A stretch of DNA of 64,000 nucleotides from Patescibacteria group bacterium. Its GTDB lineage: Bacteria > Patescibacteriota > Minisyncoccia > Phycocordibacterales > PALSA-1337. Location of the stretch: the NCBI GenBank assembly GCA_040388415.1, contig JAZKBV010000001.1, positions 10,369 through 74,368 of the forward strand. Reading direction: 5' to 3'. Shown piece after piece: positions 60,522 to 64,000 of the stretch. The position numbers and the translations under genes were made by a program. Position 1 is the first letter of the stretch, and every line of letters begins with the position of its first letter. The notes beneath the pieces are model-generated. The model was not told where the DNA came from, searched no databases, and saw nothing but the letters and a program-made list of their open reading frames with translations.

Positions 60522-61592
60522 ATGAATCAGATTTCCCAGACGACTATCTATCGAAAAATAAGCATTCTTTCGATAGGAGTTAGTGTAGCTATATTTGGAC
60601 TGACTATTTTCACAAGTATTTCATCTGTCAGTGCTGCTATGTCTGCGGTAAAAACTGTTTCTGCTCCAGCTCAGCCAACATATGCCCTTGAGCCTCTTCC
60701 TGATCTTGTTAATTACCATGATTTTGTTGTTGGCCCAGGCAAGATAGAGCTTCAGATTGCTCCTGGAGAATCACAAACCGTCGATCTCACTATTGCTAAC
60801 CGTCTTGGTTCAGATAAAGTTTTTCAGGTTAGCGAAGAAGATTTCACTGGTTCAAATGATCCAGGACGTTCTGTTGTATTGCTCGGAAGTGACCGAGGTC
60901 CATATTCATTGAAAGATAGCATTCATATTTCTTCGACAAAGATTATGATTCCGTTTGGTCAGCGTGCACGTGTTCCTGTAACGATTTCTTTGCCTGCTGA
61001 CGCACAACCAGGTGGTCTTTACGGTAGTGTTGTCGTTAGTGTGGTTAGCGTGGAAGGATCAACAACGTCTTCTGGTGTCGGTGGTACTAATCCTATTATT
61101 ACGCGCATCGGTACACTCTTCTTTGTCCGTGTCCCAGGGCCTACTGAAGCAAATGGTTCTATGCAGAGCTTCACGCTTCCAAGTGGCTCGTTTGTATGGT
61201 CAAGCTCAGTCAGTCAGACAGATCCGATATTGTTTAACATTTTGTTTAAAAATGATGGAAATGTCTATCTCGACCCATCAGGTACGATATCAGTGACAAA
61301 TATGTTTGGTGCGACTGTCGGCAATATCCTTATTGATCCTTGGTTTGCCATGCCTGATTCTCTCCGATTCCGTGAAGTCAAATGGCAGCCAACATTTCTT
61401 TTTGGCCGTTATGTTGCTCATGCAAACATAAACCCTGGTTATGGTAGTACAACAGAAACGGCTGATCTCGTATTCTGGGTTATACCTTGGAAGATTATCC
61501 TGCTCATCTTTATTGGTCTTATCGTGATCATCGGCGGTATTCGATGGATCGCTAGTCGTATAAGTTTTGTTCCTAAAAAATCAAAAAAATAA
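60522..61592 (+). CDS. DUF916/WxLIP-like Ig-domain protein with C-terminal TM
   Basis: 'PGESQTV...I.N', 'P.DAQPGG.YG', 'F.NDGNVYL.P.G', 'FGRY.A', 'FWVIPW' followed by TM and basic tail. Confidence 0.7.
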   Translation: MNQISQTTIYRKISILSIGVSVAIFGLTIFTSISSVSAAMSAVKTVSAPAQPTYALEPLPDLVNYHDFVVGPGKIELQIAPGESQTVDLTIANRLGSDKVFQVSEEDFTGSNDPGRSVVLLGSDRGPYSLKDSIHISSTKIMIPFGQRARVPVTISLPADAQPGGLYGSVVVSVVSVEGSTTSSGVGGTNPIITRIGTLFFVRVPGPTEANGSMQSFTLPSGSFVWSSSVSQTDPILFNILFKNDGNVYLDPSGTISVTNMFGATVGNILIDPWFAMPDSLRFREVKWQPTFLFGRYVAHANINPGYGSTTETADLVFWVIPWKIILLIFIGLIVIIGGIRWIASRISFVPKKSKK

Positions 61593-61593
61593 T

Positions 61594-62289
61594 ATGCGCA
61601 CTGTAGTCCAAGCAATAACAGCTCTTTTCATCTTTAGTTTCCTTTTCGTGGCAATAGAGCCTGCGATTAGTCTTGGTGCGGTCACAACAAGCCAGTTCAA
61701 GGTTTCTCAGGTTGTTACAACTGAAGTTTCATTTGCGACACCGGCCTCAAACATTGTCTTGTCACCATCACTTGGAGGTATCACTGGTGGTACGTCAAAT
61801 GGTCAGACTCAGGTTGTCGTAACTACAGGTAATAGTACCGGCTACAACATGACACTCACAGCTAGTTCATCGCTCGGTATGATCGGTAATGCGAGCTCAT
61901 CGAACTATATCCCTGCATGGCCAGCGACTACCACTCTTCCAGCTTATTGGATGACTTCAGCTTCAGTTGCCGCAAATACCGCTGCTTTTGCCTATAGTGT
62001 TGCCGCTTCATCAACAGCAGATAATGTGACCCTCTTCAAAAATAATGGTTCAAATACTTGCAATACTGGTGCAAGTACAAACTCAGCGACAAGTAATGCC
62101 ACGATTAATTGCTGGCTCAATGCTTCAACGACTCCAGTTACGATTGTTAACCGTACTCTCCAAACATCAGCCTCAGGTGCGACAACAACTCTTTATTTCC
62201 GTGTTGTTGTTAACTCAAATCCAAGCCCTGTTATTCCAAACGACACATATGTAGCAACCTCAACTCTTACGGCAACAACTAATCCATAA
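61594..62289 (+). CDS. Secreted WxL-like/pilin-like beta protein, paralog 2
   Basis: Close paralog of 59815-60519; identical last residues PSPVIPNDTYVATSTLTATTNP. Confidence 0.7.
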   Translation: MRTVVQAITALFIFSFLFVAIEPAISLGAVTTSQFKVSQVVTTEVSFATPASNIVLSPSLGGITGGTSNGQTQVVVTTGNSTGYNMTLTASSSLGMIGNASSSNYIPAWPATTTLPAYWMTSASVAANTAAFAYSVAASSTADNVTLFKNNGSNTCNTGASTNSATSNATINCWLNASTTPVTIVNRTLQTSASGATTTLYFRVVVNSNPSPVIPNDTYVATSTLTATTNP

Positions 62290-62298
62290 TTATTCCAC

Positions 62299-63165
62299 AT
62301 GAAAACCCTCCGCGAATACATAACAGATGCGAGAAAAAATAATATCGCTATTGGACATTTCAATATCTGCACCCTCGATGGAGTGTGGGCAGTCGTTGAT
62401 GCGGCAAAAGGCCTCAATGTACCAGTCATCATCGGTGTATCAGAAGGAGAGCGCGATTACGTAGGAGTCAAAGCTATCGCTGCAGTCGTCAAAGGCATCC
62501 GCGAAAGCACTGGTCAGCCGGTATTCCTCAATGCGGATCATACCTATTCATTTGATAGGGTAAAAGAAGCTATCGATGCAGGCTTTGATGCGGTTATCTT
62601 TGACGGAGCACAGCTTTCATTTGAAGAAAACGTAAAGATCGCCAAGCAGTGCGTTGAGTATGCGCGTGCAAGCGGAAGAGATGTTCTTGTGGAGGGTGAG
62701 CTCGGCTTTATTGGCACCTCCTCAAAGGTTTTAAATGAGATCCCTGCAGGCGCAGTCGTCGGCGATGCAGCTATGACCAAGCCAGAAGATGCGCTCAAGT
62801 TCGTCACTGAGACAGGTGTCGATATGCTCGCTCCTGCGGTCGGTAACATCCACGGTGTCGTCCGTGGTGGCGATCCTGCGCTCAATACCAAGCGCGTGAA
62901 AGAGATCAGTGAAGCAGTCAAGATTCCTCTTGTCCTTCATGGTGCATCAGGCAACTCCGCGAGCGATATCTTCGAGTCAGTCAAAAATGGCGTGGGGATA
63001 GTGCACGTGAACACAGAGCTCCGTCTCGCCTATAGATCAGGTTTAGTGAAGGCTCTTTCCGAAAATCCTGATGAAGTAGCGCCATATAAGTTCCTTCGTC
63101 CTGCAAAACAAGCTATGCAAAAGGTGGTAGAGGAGAAGCTTCGTATTGTGAATAATATGGTATAA
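62299..63165 (+). CDS. fba: Class II fructose-bisphosphate aldolase
   Basis: IGHFN, LNADH, GFDAVIFDG, VEGELG, GVD.LAPAVGNIHG, PLVLHGASG, VNTELR. Confidence 0.93.
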   Translation: MKTLREYITDARKNNIAIGHFNICTLDGVWAVVDAAKGLNVPVIIGVSEGERDYVGVKAIAAVVKGIRESTGQPVFLNADHTYSFDRVKEAIDAGFDAVIFDGAQLSFEENVKIAKQCVEYARASGRDVLVEGELGFIGTSSKVLNEIPAGAVVGDAAMTKPEDALKFVTETGVDMLAPAVGNIHGVVRGGDPALNTKRVKEISEAVKIPLVLHGASGNSASDIFESVKNGVGIVHVNTELRLAYRSGLVKALSENPDEVAPYKFLRPAKQAMQKVVEEKLRIVNNMV

Positions 63166-63172
63166 TAATATT

Positions 63173-63421
63173 ATGTCTGATATTCAATTTGAGGCAGATT
63201 TTGAAAACAATCCACACCGACCTGCTCACGTGGCGAATAATTCTGCAGGCATGCCACAAGTCGGCCAGCCTCAGGGGCCATCTCATATCGGAATGGTCAA
63301 CTGGCTGATCAAGCATGGCATCATCAGCGGCGAATCGAGCGCCAAAGCGGTTTTGATTGGGCTCATTTCTATCAATTTCATTGCGACTGCAGTGATTTTG
63401 TATTTTTTCGTATTTCGTTAA
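63173..63421 (+). CDS. Small protein with C-terminal TM
   Basis: 'MVNWLIKHGII...AK.VLI' plus TM; TATAAT 6 nt before the ATG. Confidence 0.65.
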   Translation: MSDIQFEADFENNPHRPAHVANNSAGMPQVGQPQGPSHIGMVNWLIKHGIISGESSAKAVLIGLISINFIATAVILYFFVFR

Positions 63422-63445
63422 TAGATAATCATTTTAAATAAACAT

Positions 63446-63568
63446 ATGAAGATGAAAACAAAAAAAGTCACCGCTCAGTTACCCTTGCCGACACGCATTA
63501 TTTTGCTTGCGAGTGCGGCCTGTAATTTTTTCGTAACTGTCCTTGTCGTCAAATATTACCTTCTATAA
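63446..63568 (+). CDS. Putative 40-aa membrane peptide
   Basis: MKMKTKKVTAQLPLPTRIILLASAACNFFVTVLVVKYYLL*; fills the gap between genes. Confidence 0.45.
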   Translation: MKMKTKKVTAQLPLPTRIILLASAACNFFVTVLVVKYYLL

Positions 63569-63577
63569 GCACTATCT

Positions 63578-64000
63578 ATGATTATCAATAAGTACCGCAA
63601 GGGCTTTACGTTGATCGAACTTCTAGTGGTCATTTCCATCATCGGCCTTTTGTCGAGTGTCGTGTTGGCTAGTCTGCAGAGTGCGAGGGAAAAGGGTCGT
63701 ATCGCCAGTATTGTTACGTTTGATACCTACAACTACCATAAATTAGGATCTAATTTAATTGCAAGTTTTGATTTTAATGACTCAACAAATTATGGGAAAG
63801 ACACCTCCAATAATGGTTATAATATGGGGTCGTGGGGCACTATTACAACTGGGACTGGTGCAAATGGTAGTGGTTCGTCTGTAAATACTAGCGTTGGATA
63901 TTTTTATGTTGTTTATGCTGGAGGTGTTCCATTTATTACAACAACACAAAAAGGCGGAACAATCAGTGTTTGGGAAAAGCAACTATCGACATCATTTCCA
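63578..64000 (+). CDS. Type IV pilin-like protein (probable LamG), truncated by the window end
   Basis: MIINKYRKG|FTLIELLVVISIIGLLSSVVLASLQSAR; 'LIASFDFND...DTS.NG', 'TISVW'. Confidence 0.88.
   Translation, partial: MIINKYRKGFTLIELLVVISIIGLLSSVVLASLQSAREKGRIASIVTFDTYNYHKLGSNLIASFDFNDSTNYGKDTSNNGYNMGSWGTITTGTGANGSGSSVNTSVGYFYVVYAGGVPFITTTQKGGTISVWEKQLSTSFP

Overview
This window looks like chromosomal DNA of a Patescibacteria/CPR (probably Parcubacteria-like) bacterium. That is an inference from the gene repertoire, near-leaderless promoters and a giant Thr/Ser-rich surface protein. It carries two MacAB-type ABC systems (one behind an ECF sigma/anti-sigma pair), metal and redox genes (Fur-family regulator with operators, ZIP transporter, an atypical P1B ATPase, NDH-2, FAD oxidoreductase, DipZ, MsrA/B), housekeeping genes (thrS, gatB, tgt, fba, PfkB kinase, two tRNAs) and a large cell-surface region (5011-aa modular fibre protein, LamG proteins, two type IV pilin-like genes, a WxL/DUF916-like cluster). 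The most striking unexplained structure is an exact 182-bp copy of the core of a small MerR/BldC-like HTH gene, sitting 679 bp away in the ~1-kb intergenic region before the surface operon. Other leads are a probable remote DGR target gene, a shared 36-bp palindromic promoter motif before two orphan genes, a 6S-like ncRNA, an unannotated 43-aa Lys/Arg-rich protein, tRNA-Phe flanked by copies of both its ends, and heptamer-repeat insertions in tgt. I saw no CRISPR array, transposase, integrase or reverse transcriptase. All calls are by eye; no database search was run.
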